NCBI GenBank assembly: GCA_951406725.2
Contig: OX597821.1
Span: 55,366,001 to 55,430,000 of the forward strand
Reading direction: 5' to 3'
DNA length: 64,000 nucleotides
Source of the DNA: Octopus vulgaris
Lineage: Eukaryota
The notes below the pieces were generated by a model. The model was not told where the DNA came from and made no database searches. It saw nothing but the letters and a program-made list of their open reading frames with translations. The translations under genes and the position numbers were made by a program. Positions 1-15,132 of the stretch are shown in pieces (the stretch's first letter is position 1; the number at the start of each line of letters is the position of its first letter).

Positions 1-5
1 ATATA

Positions 6-400
6 CTAGCAGTATCGCCCGGCGTTGCTCGGGTTTGTAAGGGAAATAATTATATAAGCATTTTTAGAGATGTAAAGTATAATACCCATCTCAATATGGC
101 TAACCACAAAGCGGGAGGGGTGTTACTGTAGCTTTTTACGTTCTGAGATTTAATGATAAATTTTAGAGAGTTACTTCCCTTATATATGTCAAAAATGGAT
201 TAAAAATGGGAAAAATTGATGGTAAATTTTTTTTTAAATCGTAGATTCATCGTAGACGCGCGCTAATACCCAGACGGTCTCGATATGAATCACGACTATA
301 AGATACCCGGTTTTGGTTAAACTGCACCGCAAAATGTGGGAGTAGTTAGGAATCTAAATCGTAGGAGACAGACACACAACCTCACTTTTATATATAAAGA
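6..400 (-). mobile_element. Non-autonomous mini-Helitron
   Basis: Minus strand starts A|TCTTTATATATAAAAG at 400 and ends with a GC hairpin (CCCGAGCAACGCCGGG) followed by CTAG|T at 6. These are Helitron TC...CTAG termini in an A/T target without TSD. Confidence 0.75.
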
Positions 401-564
401 TTTCCTCTATTTACATAATATTGAGGTCTCTTTCTTTCTTTTGTTATCTTACTGTTTTTACCAATATACATATATATATATATATATAAATATATATATA
501 GTTACAGAGATGTACTTGCATAGCAAGTGACTTGATCTGAGATCGTGTGCTGGAACGAAAACAG

Positions 565-823
565 TTGCAGCGTTGAAGGTGTTTATAAGCCATTTAAGAA
601 ACACACAAAAACCGTTAGATTCACTTCAACATTTAAATTTAATTTGTCAAAATATTTTCGTCGCTTTGAGACCGCGACCTGTTAGCACGATATTTTTGTC
701 AGTGAACAGGTCGCGGTCTGAAAGCGACGAAAATATTTTGGCAAATTAAATTTAAATGTTGAAGTGAATGTAACGGTTTTTGTGTGTTTCTTAAATGGCT
801 TACAAACACCTTCCACGCTGCAA
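565..823. repeat. ~118-bp inverted repeat (565-683 / 706-823), PLE pseudo-LTR-like
   Basis: TGCAGCGTTGAAGGTG...GACCTGTT is mirrored by AACAGGTC...CACGCTGCA; (TA)n lies nearby on both sides. Confidence 0.85.
695..745 (+). ncRNA. Hammerhead ribozyme-like motif, G3:C8 core variant
   Basis: TTTGTCA-GTGAACA-G-GTCGC(loop)GCGAC-GAAA-ATAT-TT-TGGCAAA: stems I and II and a palindromic stem III are correctly placed. Confidence 0.55.
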
Positions 824-914
824 TATATATATACACACATATATATATATATATGTATGTATGTATGTATGTGTGTATATGTGTATGCATGTATGTGTGT
901 GTGTGTGCGTGTCT

Positions 915-1125
915 GTGCTTGTGATTGTCCTCCACCACTGCTTGACAACGAATGTTGGTTTGTTTACATCCCTGTCACCTAGTGGTTTGACAAAGGAAAC
1001 AGATAGAATAAGTACAATGCTTACAAAAATAAAACTGGAGTTGATTCATTAAACTACAATTCTTCAAGGCATTGCCCCAGCATGGCCACAGACCAATGGC
1101 TGGAAAAAGCAGAAGAATAAAAGAA
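915..1125 (+). mobile_element. 3' part of tRNA/CORE-like SINE (family B)
   Basis: Matches the 3' half of the fuller copy at 50885-51283 (GCTTGACAAC...GATAGAATAAGTAC...CCAGCATGGCC). Confidence 0.7.
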
Positions 1126-1194
1126 TACATTCTCTGCTTTGGTCTTATGTTCAAGGCATGAGAAAGCTTGAGTTTACATGAGAAGGCCTAACAG

Positions 1195-1672
1195 ACCTGG
1201 TAGAAACAGCAGCCAAATCTCCCTCAAATCACACCTTACTGTCTTATGTATGTATATATATATGAGCCAATGAGGGGGACCTCTACATGGTAGCTAGACC
1301 TGGTAGAAATAGCAGCCAAATTTCCCCCAAATCACACCTTACTGTCTTATCTATGTATATATGTATGTATGAGCCTATGAGGGAGACCCCTACATGGCAG
1401 CTAGACCTGGTAGAAATAGCAGCCAAATTTCCCCCAAATCACACCTTACTGTCTTATCTATGTATATATGTATGTATGAGCCTATGAGGGAGACCCCTAC
1501 ATGGCAGCTAGACCTGGTAGAAATAGCAGCCAAATTTCCCCCAAATCACACCTTACTGTCTTATCTATGTATATATGTATGTATGAGCCTATGAGGAGAC
1601 CCCTACATGGCAGCTAGACATGGTAGAAATAGCAGCCAAATCTCCCTCAAATCACACCTTACTGTCTTATCT
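1195..1672. repeat. 107-bp tandem repeat, ~4.5 copies
   Basis: ATGGCAGCTAGACCTGGTAGAAATAGCAGCCAAAT...CACACCTTACTGTCTTAT recurs at 1287, 1394, 1501 and 1607. Confidence 0.95.
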
Positions 1673-2049
1673 TTCTGCTACTTGGATATAGGTGTTATAT
1701 TCGTCGTAAAAAACTTTCCTGTCACACACTCACGCACACGCACACACACACACACACACACGCACCCTCACACACACACACACGCGCACACCCACACACA
1801 CACTCACACACACGCACGTTAGCTTACAATTTTATTTATATATTTGCGTGTCTATGTGTGGAAAGAGGAGGCAGAGTGAAAGAATCACTCACTACAGTAA
1901 GTCAATTACTTTCATTTTATTCGTTGCCCACTGTGTGTGTGCGTTTGCGTGTGCTGTAAACCAGACTAAGAAAAGCATTTGACACACACACCAGAATGTG
2001 AGTTTTCTGTAAATTTTGCTTAATTGGAGTTTAAATTTTAAAAACTGGA

Positions 2050-2940
2050 CCTGGCATGACGCGATGCATTGTACTCTTAAAAATGCAAGGTAAATTGTAA
2101 TTGAAGAAATCCTATATTGTAGATTTGTATAACTCCCAAAGGGATGCGCAAGTAAAAGAGTGGCTCTCATTTGGTGTCCATATTTAACTTTTCGGGGAGC
2201 ATGCAAGCAAAATGGTAAATTGGAGAAGCATGGTTGTATTTTAAGGGTCCATGAAAAAGGTTTATTTTTTTTATATATTTACTGCAACAGAAAGTCAGGT
2301 TTCTTCTCGAACGTTTTATGTACTTCAGTCTACGCATGTTAAATGTACGAAAAGCAAAATAAGAATTTTGAAAGAAAGAAGTATCTATAAAATTAGCTGT
2401 TAAACAGTGAATGACTATTGAGTTTCACCAGAATAGGATAGTAATTAAAGGAGTCCATTGATCAAATGGGGTTGAAAATCTCTACTTTAGAGCCTTGAAT
2501 TTATAATTCATAACATAGAGTAGGGTAGTAATAGTAAATAGTTAAAGTCTCTTACAGCTGTTCATAGAATAGCTAAGCATATGGAACAGGCATTATTTAG
2601 CAAGGATTTTCACGTAGAGAGATATAAAGAATATCTATAAACAAGAATATTAGTAGTTACCAGTTCGTTGAGTAACTAAGCAGGGATTAAAAGAGTTTAA
2701 AGAATATAGTATTGGTTCTTAGTTTTATGGTCGAAGAATTAATACGATCCCTAGGAAATGATAATATCCGCTAGCAGTTCCATTGATGAAATATCAAGGA
2801 AAATCCAAGGTGAAAGCTGAGAGAAATTATTTTTTCCATCTTTGAAGAGAAATTGAGTTAGATATAAGTCTTCAAAGATTACATGACAATGTGGAGGAAG
2901 GATAAGAAGTGCATCAGGGTCACAGGTATACTGAGGGTGA
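2050..2940 (-). pseudogene. Highly degenerate Penelope-like reverse transcriptase remnant
   Basis: Broken frames give IFFISLYVKIL (cf. DxxSLYTxIP), SMDSFNYYPILVKL (cf. MGSPxSPxLA) and LPFCLHAPRKVKYG (PLE thumb), in the expected order. Confidence 0.45.
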
Positions 2941-2963
2941 ACATTACATATGGGTTGAGAGAA

Positions 2964-3027
<64 letters not shown>

Positions 3028-3063
3028 TATATATACAGAACTCACTTGAATCTTAATTGCTTT

Positions 3064-3649
<586 letters not shown>

Positions 3650-4799
3650 TTATATATGCACTGATGTATACATATAAGTTAGCACTATGCTCGAATAGAG
3701 TGAATTTTATTATCGTATGGGGAAGATGTAAATAGACTAATAATGAATGTTAGAAGCGTAATTAATTAATCAATTAAATAATTTGTTAGGTAAAGGGGTA
3801 AAGTAGAATAAATCTGATAAATTTGTTTTAACTAGTATATACTTATAATAGGTTTTATATCAATTATGAGCTAAGTGGGGCGTAGAAATGGGAAATAATG
3901 GAGGAGAGTAATGTATGGGTGAACAAAAAATAATAATAATAAAGATGGTAAGTTCACTAATTTACTTAAGTGAACTAATAACAAGTCTGAACTTCATACT
4001 ATTGGGAAAATATTAGATGTTTATACATATATATGCACCCATGTAAACATACATACACAGAATTTTGGTGAAATCTAAAACCATGGGGAATTTATGAACA
4101 CAAGAGAACGGTTCATGGTGCTTATTTAATAATAATTGTGCTGCAAGTAAAGAGGCGTTACATAAATTATGAGGTCAGTGACGTATCGAATATGACTTAG
4201 GGGAGTAGAATAAAGTAGAAGTTTATCGAATAAAACAGAAATATGTAATGTTAGGATAAAAGTATTTAATTCATTAAGTGAGCTAATGCCACATCTACAT
4301 TGCTATAACAGTGATTGTTAAGTGTTAGACAGCTATACAGAAGTAGTAGTGATGTTTCTTTTGGATGTGTGGTCGACTATTTTGAAATATTTATGGACAC
4401 AGGTGGAAAATGATTTATGCTGCTTATTTAATAACTGTGCTGAGTTATGCGGCAGTATCTGTGAAGATTCCTTCGAACATAACCAACACGGTGTATTATG
4501 GCCTTGGTATGACGGACCTGAGTCAATGATGGATCATGACAGTAGGGGTTAAGCTAGGTCCATTTAATATGCTCTCCACAAGTGTGCCATTATTCTTTTA
4601 TACTCCTATGTTTTGTATAGCTATCACCAATATAACCAGTTGGTGTTCAACTCTCCCCGCCACCAATTATAATATGAGACTCACAGGGCTGACAGGTTTT
4701 TCCTCAGATGGCTTCCTCTCATCTTACAACCTTCTAACTCTAATCTCCCTCTCACTATCCAATAATCCAAGCTCATACAGATGTCATTCATAATTTATT

Positions 4800-5330
4800 T
4801 TTTCATTTTTAACATGGAGATAAAATTGGTAATTAATAAACCTCAATTATTATTTATTGATTATAAAAAGACAATATCTCATCTTATAGCTGTTTCTGTT
4901 TGCGCAATTTTGGGTTTAATTAGACTTAATTATTACACACTAATTATACCAACTTAAATAGTAGAACTTCATCAGAGCGATAAAATAAAGAAAATGAAAA
5001 GAAAAAGAAAGAAGAGAAAAAGAGAAAATAAGGATATACCAACTGATGTGACATGCTATCAATCCGTAAACTTATACAATTAGAATACTTATTATATTTA
5101 GTGGTATATGTCTATCTACGGATTGGAGAAGCCTACTGCGGGCGTAATTTAAATATATAAATGTGAGAGTACTTTGGTTATGTCATAAAGTAAAAATTAA
5201 AACGTAAAAAGTAAAAATAACGGGAGTTACAAAACTTAAATGATAACAGTTAACCATAATTTATTTATCGGTAATTTCCTAATCCATTAACATAATTAAA
5301 CTAAATGAGGGTCTTTTCAAAACCGGAAAA
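4800..5330 (-). mobile_element. HHR-bearing PLE pLTR-like element (inverted partner of 6025-6590)
   Basis: Reverse-complement similarity to 6025-6590 over ~500 bp; minus strand 4976-4878 reads CTGATGA-AGTTC...GAAA-CAGCTA-TA-AGATGAG. Confidence 0.75.
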
Positions 5331-6024
5331 TTAATTAAACTGGGAGGCAAAATATTTCTATTTGGCGTAAGTGATAATAGCAGCAGTCAAATCTTATACA
5401 ATTCTACAAAAGAAAGCATAAAAGTTGGTGTAATTTCCTGCCCGACACATCTAAATAACATGGATCAAGATTATTAACGAAAATATCAATAATTTTATAT
5501 ATGCTTATTTTGTTTTCTAGATGGAAAACATGCTCTACTCCCCAATTCTGAAGTAAGGATGGTCAGTTAATATTCAAAAACAAAAGGATGGTCATTTTAA
5601 GTAAAAACCGTTAACCGATGGAGCGGAAACAGGTAAACAAGTAGTATTTGTTGTAAGGGGTAATAAAGTCGCTTATAGCATTGCAGATAAAAATTACACA
5701 CACACACATACACACACACATATATATATAGTAAAAAACAGTGTGCTAATTGATTGTTATACAATAATGGATTTTTCAAATAATATTTAAGCTGATGCAT
5801 GTATTTTTCAAGTGGTTAAGAAGATAACAGCGACTATTTATGTGTTATATAATATAATATAACATGTATATATGCATGTGTGTATGTAATGATGGACAGG
5901 CTATAGCTATATCTATGCATATGTACCTACAAAATGGAACACTTATATGTCTATTTTGATTATATATGTATATATATATATATATATATGTATGTATATT
6001 TTTAGTATATGCTATAATTTTACT

Positions 6025-6962
<938 letters not shown>

Positions 6963-7229
6963 AGATAGATATACACATGTAGCTCTTTCTTTCTCTCTCT
7001 CTCTCTCCCAATATATATATATTTATATATATATATATTCATTTATATATACAATGAAGTTCCCCTGTTGGTATAATTATTTACAATGATAATTAGTATT
7101 ATTGTAATAATTAAACCTGATTATGCCCAAAGCAGTGCGAAGAGAAACAGCTGTAAGATGAGATATTGTCGTTTCATAAATAATAAATAATAATTGATGT
7201 TTATCAGTTATCAATTTTATCTCCATTTT

Positions 7230-7283
<54 letters not shown>

Positions 7284-7779
7284 TGATAGATATATAGATA
7301 GATATACACATGTATCTCTCTCTCTCTCTCACTCTGTATATATATATATTCATGTGTGTGTGACGGAAGCTATATCATTGCCTAGTATTGTTGAAACTCG
7401 TCTGCTGTAGATGGTATAGACATGCCAGCCATTATAGTAAAGTGATATATATTCGATAGTTGTGACACGCTATGTCCAGTCACTAACGCAAAAATAAGTC
7501 TGAGAGTGGATAGAACAGAATGTTTAATACCTTTAATAAGTGGTTGTTGAGCATGCACAACGAGTAGCGGCTTATAATGTTCCAGGGGTTGACGATCTAT
7601 ATTTGGCCACTTAGAATATAGAGCCCACCTGATTTAAAACCCTTCACCTCTTTATTTTTAGTGCTCACTTCTGTTTCCTATTATATTTATACTTCACTTT
7701 TTTCCTAAGACATCCAGAGAAGGAAACAATTTGTTTGCGCAGATGATACTATTGTCAAAAGTAATGAGCACAGAAGAAT

Positions 7780-8520
7780 GAGAAAATATAAGGAGTAGCA
7801 AACACTGAAAACAAACCACGCAGTGAGACTTCATCATACTCAGGAAGTGGAGGAATTGAAAAGTGAGCACGCTACATAACCGGACTGCCTTCATAATGTG
7901 TTACCGATGTCAGAAGAAACTGGGTGTCGGAAAGTAGGTGTGAAGTGGGTATCTCTGCATTTGACATACGATCTAAAGGAAACATATTGCGGAGGTCTAT
8001 TTTGATGTACTGGAAAGTTTGAACGCAATGAAGATGCTATTTTTGCGTATGAATAATGGACGTATCTCTATGACCTAAAAAATGTCAGTGCCTTGAATGG
8101 TGACATATTTCATCTCCAATGCCTAAAAAATTCAGAGCCAGTAAATACCACAAGAGGTCATGGTGACTATTTGGGTGGAATTACAAGGTGTCTTGATGTT
8201 TTAGACGTAGCAATACCGTGAACTGTGAGAGGGACACGGGGATACACTTAAATGCTAGAGAAGCCATTAGTAAGAAGTGGCTGATCCCCATTCATCATGA
8301 CAATGCACGATCTCATACAACTTTAACAGATTCTTATTTCTTCGGTCCAATAACTATAATCCAAGTGAAAGTGATAGAGAAGAAGCGGACACAACAGTGC
8401 TCACGTTGTTTTAAAGAAGATTCGTGAGTTCTGTTTAACGATGGCATAAATGCATCACTTATCACAGAGATTGTAAACGTTAAAAATACGTCCTTTAAAA
8501 ATATATTCCCACGTTTACAT
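7780..8520 (+). pseudogene. Degenerate mariner transposase remnant
   Basis: Fragments KWVSLHLT (WVPxxLT), WTYLYD, PMPKKFRA, VMVTIWVELQGVL and IHHDNARSHT. Confidence 0.7.
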
Positions 8521-8589
8521 TACTATCGGGACAATTATTTGAATGCTTGAGGGGTAAAGACTCAAATGATGTGAAATCATATTATGTAA

Positions 8590-8973
8590 ATAGAAGGAAA
8601 ATTGCTTCCCAAACACATGGTTCTGAGTTCAGTCTCACTGCATGGTATCATGGGCAAGTAGCTTCTATTATAGCATCGGCCCGACCTGGTAGACGGAAAC
8701 AGAAAGAAGCCAGTTGTGTGTATATATATATATGTGTGTGTGTGTGTGTTTGTGTGTACGCATGTGTTTGTGTGTTTCTGTTTTCCCCCTCCCCACCACC
8801 ATCACTTGTCAACCGATGTTGGTGTGTTTACATCCCCGTAACTTAGCGGTTAGGTAAAAGAAAATGATACAATAAGTACTAGGCTTACAAAGAATAAGTC
8901 CTGGGGTAGAATTGTTCGACTAAAGGCGGTGCTCCAGCATAACTGCAGTCAAAGGACTGAAACAGGTAAAAGA
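8590..8973 (+). mobile_element. SINE family B
   Basis: Colinear with 50885-51283 including the internal (TG)n. Confidence 0.8.
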
Positions 8974-9007
<34 letters not shown>

Positions 9008-9112
9008 CAGCATCTTGCAATAATATAATATTAACAGCGGTTCAAATATGCATAAAATAACCTAGATACTAAGTCAACTTCATAATAAAGTAAATGTATG
9101 TATGTATGTATA

Positions 9113-9160
<48 letters not shown>

Positions 9161-9354
9161 TATACATATATAAACATTCATATATAAACAAAAGCTTTCC
9201 GGTCACATTCATTTAATGAATGTAAACCTGCTTATTTACAAATAGCTATTATTTACTCCATCACTAGTTTCAGGCCACATTCGGTCGCTCAGGCAGTATA
9301 GAAATTTATGTTTGTACGTATATGTGTATGTGCGTTTGCTTGCATCTGTGTTTG

Positions 9355-9560
9355 CATTCTTTTACTTATTGCAGTCATATAGCTGCGGCCATACTGGAGT
9401 ACCGCCTTTTGGTCGAGCAAATCGACCTCAGGAGTTATTCTTTGTAAGCCTAATACTTATCCTGTATGTCTCTATTATCTGTTTACGGGGACATAAACAA
9501 GCCAGCATCGGTTGTCAACAGATGTTGGGGGGACAAGCATAAACACGCAAACATCTACAC
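9355..9560 (-). mobile_element. SINE family B, 3' half
   Basis: Reverse complement of the family B tail. Confidence 0.75.
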
Positions 9561-9640
9561 ACATGCACACACATATATCTATACAATTTGGTCGAATGCA
9601 TATTTAATTATTAGTACTCTCAAATTTATAATTGAAATAC

Positions 9641-9710
9641 TATACCGATGACGAAAATAAGTGAGTAAAAATGATATTTTACATCTCTTTAATCCAGAAA
9701 CGCGTATATA
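9641..9710 (+). ncRNA. Degenerate hammerhead motif
   Basis: TATA-CCGATGA...CCA-GAAA-CGCG-TA-TATA; stem II is poorly paired. Confidence 0.45.
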
Positions 9711-9984
9711 GTCGATCAAAGCCGGGTGGATTCGTTCTGTTTTTTTTTTTTTGTCTGCGTGAGTTGGGAGTATTTCTGTCTGGGAGATATCTTATGGTAG
9801 TGGAATAGTATTTAACTGCTATTTCTAAATTTCGGTATGTGGTGAAGCAATTTCGATGAATCCTAATTATAATTATGCTTATAAATATTTTAAAAAATGG
9901 TATAAGTTGACCGATAATGGTTCTTAAACATACAGAAATACTTCAGAAATACTTGGTAAAATTATTAATTTTACCCTATCAATG

Positions 9985-10057
<73 letters not shown>

Positions 10058-10447
10058 AGAGACCATTAGTTTAATGCAAGAAAATGCATAAAAATGTTAT
10101 CTCGGTGCAGTATTTGAACCTAGGAAGTTCACTGACACCGTAAAACATCGTCTCCGATGCTCAACCGGCACTACTCGTCTACCAACTATAATATAGATAT
10201 GAATTGGCTATATCGAATCCAACACTGTATTTTATCAACCCCATAAGAATAGAAGAATGCCTCGACAAAAATGCTAGCGTCTCATAAAGATGATCGATCT
10301 TCTTACCACTTGCTACTTCACCGAACTTTACATTGCGATATTAACGATACAATGAATATGGAACAGGAATTCACCAAACAAATTCACATTCGCTAGAAGA
10401 TTGCTTTGAAACTGGACTAAATGTGCAATATCCCTACACAATGAAAA

Positions 10448-10471
10448 TGATGATGATGATGATGATGATCG

Positions 10472-10547
<76 letters not shown>

Positions 10548-10949
10548 GTTGAACATGTTGATGACGACGATGATTATCCTCATCGTGATGATCATGATGC
10601 CAACCATAATAATGACACTATCAGCCAGAAGACTTATAACAACTACAGCACTAATGACAACAGTTTCATATTTTGGCGCAAGACCAGCAATTTCAAGGAG
10701 AGGACATTAGTTGATTACATCGATTCGAGTACTTGACTGGTTGGTACTTCATGTGTAGATGTCAGACCATGTAAGTAGATGTGTTTGAGCGTAAGCATGA
10801 CTCTAATATACATATATATTTACATAATATGGATATATGTATATATGTATTGTGTGTGTAAATACATTTATATGTAATAGGCATATGTGTATATATATAT
10901 ATATATATATACATATCACAACAATGACGACAACAACAACAACAACAGC

Positions 10950-11024
<75 letters not shown>

Positions 11025-11100
11025 AAGAAGAAGAAGAAGAAGAAGAAGACGATAAAGAAAAAGAAGAAAAAGTAGAAGAAGAAGAAAAAGAAGAAGTATA
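10448..11100. repeat. Trinucleotide microsatellite cluster (GAT)n and (ACA)n(ATA)n(AGA)n
   Basis: Directly visible. Confidence 0.95.
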
Positions 11101-11519
11101 TATATACATGCATACGAATAATAGCAGGACCAACGAACTGCTGCTAAGCATATAGTCCGACGTGCTAACGATGCTGCCAATTCACCGCCATTAATGTGTG
11201 TGTGAGTGTGCCTTTGTGTGTGTGTGCAAATACTGCATGAGAAAAATAACTCACGGAAAAATAATTTGCGAAGATATCATTAACTTTATTATTATCTAGT
11301 GTAACAATTTTAAAATGATAATAACAGAATCAATAATATAGTCCATTGGAAGCCCCAGAAAAGCATTAAATAGTTGCAGTATTAAAATTAATCAAAGGAT
11401 ATATTAAGTATATCTGCATGCTGGAATTAACAGTCAAAACAGGTAGATACACTTAGTATGTCATTTGATTAATTGATTACACACACACACAAACATATAT
11501 ATATATGTATATGTACGCA

Positions 11520-11556
<37 letters not shown>

Positions 11557-11588
11557 TTTACTTAAAGCAGCAGAAAATTCAACAAAAT

Positions 11589-11626
11589 CTGTTACTCTGA
11601 GTTTCTCGTTGCCGTTCATCAGACAA
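11589..11626 (-). ncRNA. Minimal type I hammerhead ribozyme, canonical core
   Basis: TTGT-CTGATGA-A-CG-GCAA-CG-A-GAAA-CTCAGAG-TA-ACAG, within an ~80-bp element between TA-rich arrays. Confidence 0.8.
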
Positions 11627-11664
11627 TTTTTGTTATATATATATTTATATATGGTGTGTATATG

Positions 11665-11753
<89 letters not shown>

Positions 11754-12809
11754 GAGAGAGAGAGAGAGATAGAGAGAAGGAGAGAGAGATTTTCTGCATG
11801 TTTAAGATTCCTTATGAATCATTTTACATTCGCTTTCTTATCTTCCTTTTCATTGAATCAAATTTGAGCATTCGGACTTTGCAGGTACATTTATGAACTT
11901 ATATTTTTATATATTTATATTTATGAATTTTTATGAGTTTATAAATATTTATGTGTCTATGAATTTTTATACAATTTACAATTTTCATGTATATGTATGG
12001 ATTTATAAAGTCTTATAAATTTTATATACCATATAGATGAATGCATCTATGTATGTATATTGTATACCATGGAGAATTTTGTAGGATCATTCGCCTTTCG
12101 GCTAAGCAAAGCGTTCATTTTGCCTGGCATTAATTGAGTTCTCCGTTGCTCCAACATATTTTCGTTCACGTGCTCTTACATTGTAGATGCTGTTGATGCG
12201 AGTTTGTTTGTTTGTTTGTTGGGCGAAGCGGTCTTCGTCCCAGTGGGAGAAGTCCGAAACGTGGTCCTTTGCTATTCGAATGACCCGCAGAAGAGAAAGT
12301 AGGTCAACCCCCGACACCGAGAGCATTGACGGATGGATGAATGCGCATCCAGTCTCAGTGGTGTTGATGCTGTTGATGCTGCTACTGTTGGACGTACTCG
12401 AGCTTCAAATGAGTGTTTAATGGGCACTCACTTCTAACCTTGAATGAGCATGCTTACTGTGCGAGTTTTGGAAGCTTTCACTAATATATTTTCTTTATAC
12501 TAGACGCACAGTTGAATTAGCCCCTTAATGTATATTTACTTATCTAAGGAATCCCCCCCACGCAGGTTTTGACGGTATATGCGAATGATAGAACAAACCA
12601 GAGTATTTATGACAACACGCTTTCTGTGTGTCAACTCCCGACGTATAAGTAATATGACCCTTTGATTCGGCGGTTACCAGATCTGCGGCTAATTGTAGTA
12701 TTTTATACAGAAATAAGGACAAAATATAGAATATGGCTGGTAATTCAGATTAATACACTTCTCAATGCGATCTAGTTGTTGTATTTTGAGATGTGACATC
12801 GATCCATAC

Positions 12810-12961
12810 AAACATTCACATACTTCCCTTGTACACGCACACACATACACCTATTCTCACACAGAGTTGAAACGCTGTTTGATTTTTCTTTCCAGCGTTG
12901 AATGTTCATCATCCCAATTCCATTGCGCGCACACACACAGACACACACAGACACACACACA

Positions 12962-13019
<58 letters not shown>

Positions 13020-13360
13020 TTCGCATACCTCCCTTTTACATACACACTCATGCTCACACAGATTTGAAACTCTGCTTGATTATTTTCCATCGTAGAATTG
13101 CCGGCACCCCTTCCTTCCTTAGTCATATATCATCCCTTCCTTCCTTCCTCATTCATATGCTTTGACGGAGAAACACATAAGGTACATAATAAACACAGAA
13201 ACAAACATTCACATACTTCTCTTGTCACACACACACACATACACACATATACTCACACAGAGTTGAAACGCCGTTTGACTTTTCTTTTCTGCGTTGAATG
13301 TTCACCATCCCACTTCCAGTTTGATATCACCCTTTCCTTTCTTATTCATATATTGTGACA
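12810..13360. repeat. Three diverged ~195-bp tandem units with (CA)n
   Basis: CAAACATTC(A/G)CATAC...CTCACACAGA(G/T)TTGAAAC recurs at ~12810, 13015 and 13202. Confidence 0.75.
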
Positions 13361-13399
13361 GAGAAATGCACAAGAGTATTATTATAGCTGATACTCATA

Positions 13400-14160
13400 C
13401 ACGCATATATTATTATAATACTTCCAGTATAAATTCTTTCCGAAATTCTGTACGGGTATTTGCCTCTCGCGAATCCTACTGCATTTAATAATAATCCATG
13501 ATGGAGTATTTGTGTAGAGATTGATAACATCCGGATTCACTCGGATCCCCTCTGTATTCATTCTTTCCGGAATGAAGTTTACGAACTCCGTGTCATCTGT
13601 GATAGAACCAAGAAAAAATTTGCACAATGTTTTCAAACTTATGTCAAGTAAATTGCTTCATCGTGAGCGCTTGATGTTGGTGGTGCACGAATTAATCGTA
13701 ATTTTAAATCAGACGGCTTGGGAATGTTTATGTTTTTACAGATGTCGTTTTAGCTGTTTTGAGTTTCTTTAGCTTTATGAATATTTTTTAGTCGGTAAAC
13801 GTTACTTATTTTCACTTAGAAATTCATGAAGTAATACAAAACTCTGCCGTATTTTTTTCACTTTCCTTTTTTATTCATTAATTTTGTTCATCGATTGTTT
13901 ATTTGCAATTGTTTTCGTTGAAATGTCAGTCAATTAGTTCTTTTAAGACCATTTCCCTGTAAAGGATATTTCCATCATGACAATGACTACGCCTTTGTCA
14001 GCTTCTTTACTGACTATAGAAGAACCTTTCAGTAGACATTCTAAAGTCTTTTGCCCTTCATTCATAACGGCTGATTTAAAAAGATTTGCTGGAATGTCTG
14101 CTTTCGCTGATGTTTTCAAACACGCTATGAATTCCCTGATTAGTGGAGGATAAAAATACT
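13400..14160 (-). pseudogene. Penelope-like RT remnant
   Basis: SIVSKEADKGVVIVM (PLE ADKG motif), followed by SITDDTEFVNFIP...PDVINLYTNTP (DVxNLYTNIP). Confidence 0.8.
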
Positions 14161-14630
14161 CGCTGATATATATATATATATATATGTTTGTGTGTGCCTG
14201 TGATTTACCTTCTTTTAGAGAAGTCACGTAAACGAAGTCTCTTACAAAATTTCTTAGAATTTTATATAAGAGCTGCTACGTAACGTTTCGGTGTATAAAT
14301 ACGTAATAATGTAACAAACACACACACACACACACGCACACACACACACACACATAATAATTAAGATGGCTAGACGTAATTTAAAACGAATATGGGAGTA
14401 ATTCGCCGTCACTAATAGTGACTAAGTGTATAAGGAGCACTAGTATGAAATTATTACTCATTAGAAATGCTTACTCCATAGCCGGCGGTGAAGTTGAAAT
14501 TGCACTTTCTCGGTATTTATAAAATTTACTATAGGAACCAATAGCTGGTTTAGCAAAATAGTATTATGGAAATTTTAAAATAATTAAGGTGAACAGACGC
14601 TATTTAAAACCAAGAAGGAAATATTTCACA

Positions 14631-14937
14631 GTCACTGAAAGTGACTAAAGGTAAGGGGTGCACCGGCATTGCTAGAAATAAGAGTCAAAGACTTTTAGCC
14701 ACAAGCATATCATATGTTCTATGAACTGTCAAGGGAGACAAACTTCCCACTGGCACGCCAATTTTGCATGAAATTAATGCTCATTATTAATTCTTTTTCC
14801 ATTACCTTCGCTAGCGGTGAGGAGGGTGTCTCCCTTGTCAGTACATAGAACATGTGCTTTGTTTGTGGCTACAGAGTCTTTGACTCTTATTTCTAGCAAC
14901 ACCAGTACTGCCTGCATCCTTAGTAACTTTTAGTGAC
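14631..14937. repeat. ~110-bp inverted repeat (fold-back)
   Basis: GTCACTGAAAGTGACTAA...CAAGGGAGACA (14631-14740) versus TGTCTCCCTTG...TTTAGTGAC (14827-14937). Confidence 0.8.
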
Positions 14938-15070
14938 GTTGAATTATATATATATATATATATAGTGATAAAGTGAGATCCAAATGAGCACATATGAACG
15001 CATATAGATAAATATGCTAAGATATATATTGATACACACAGGCGGTTAATATATATATATATATATTATA

Positions 15071-15132
<62 letters not shown>

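Noticed and set aside
1195-1672. CRISPR-like array
   Set aside because: The whole unit repeats with no unique spacers, the context is eukaryotic and there are no cas genes.
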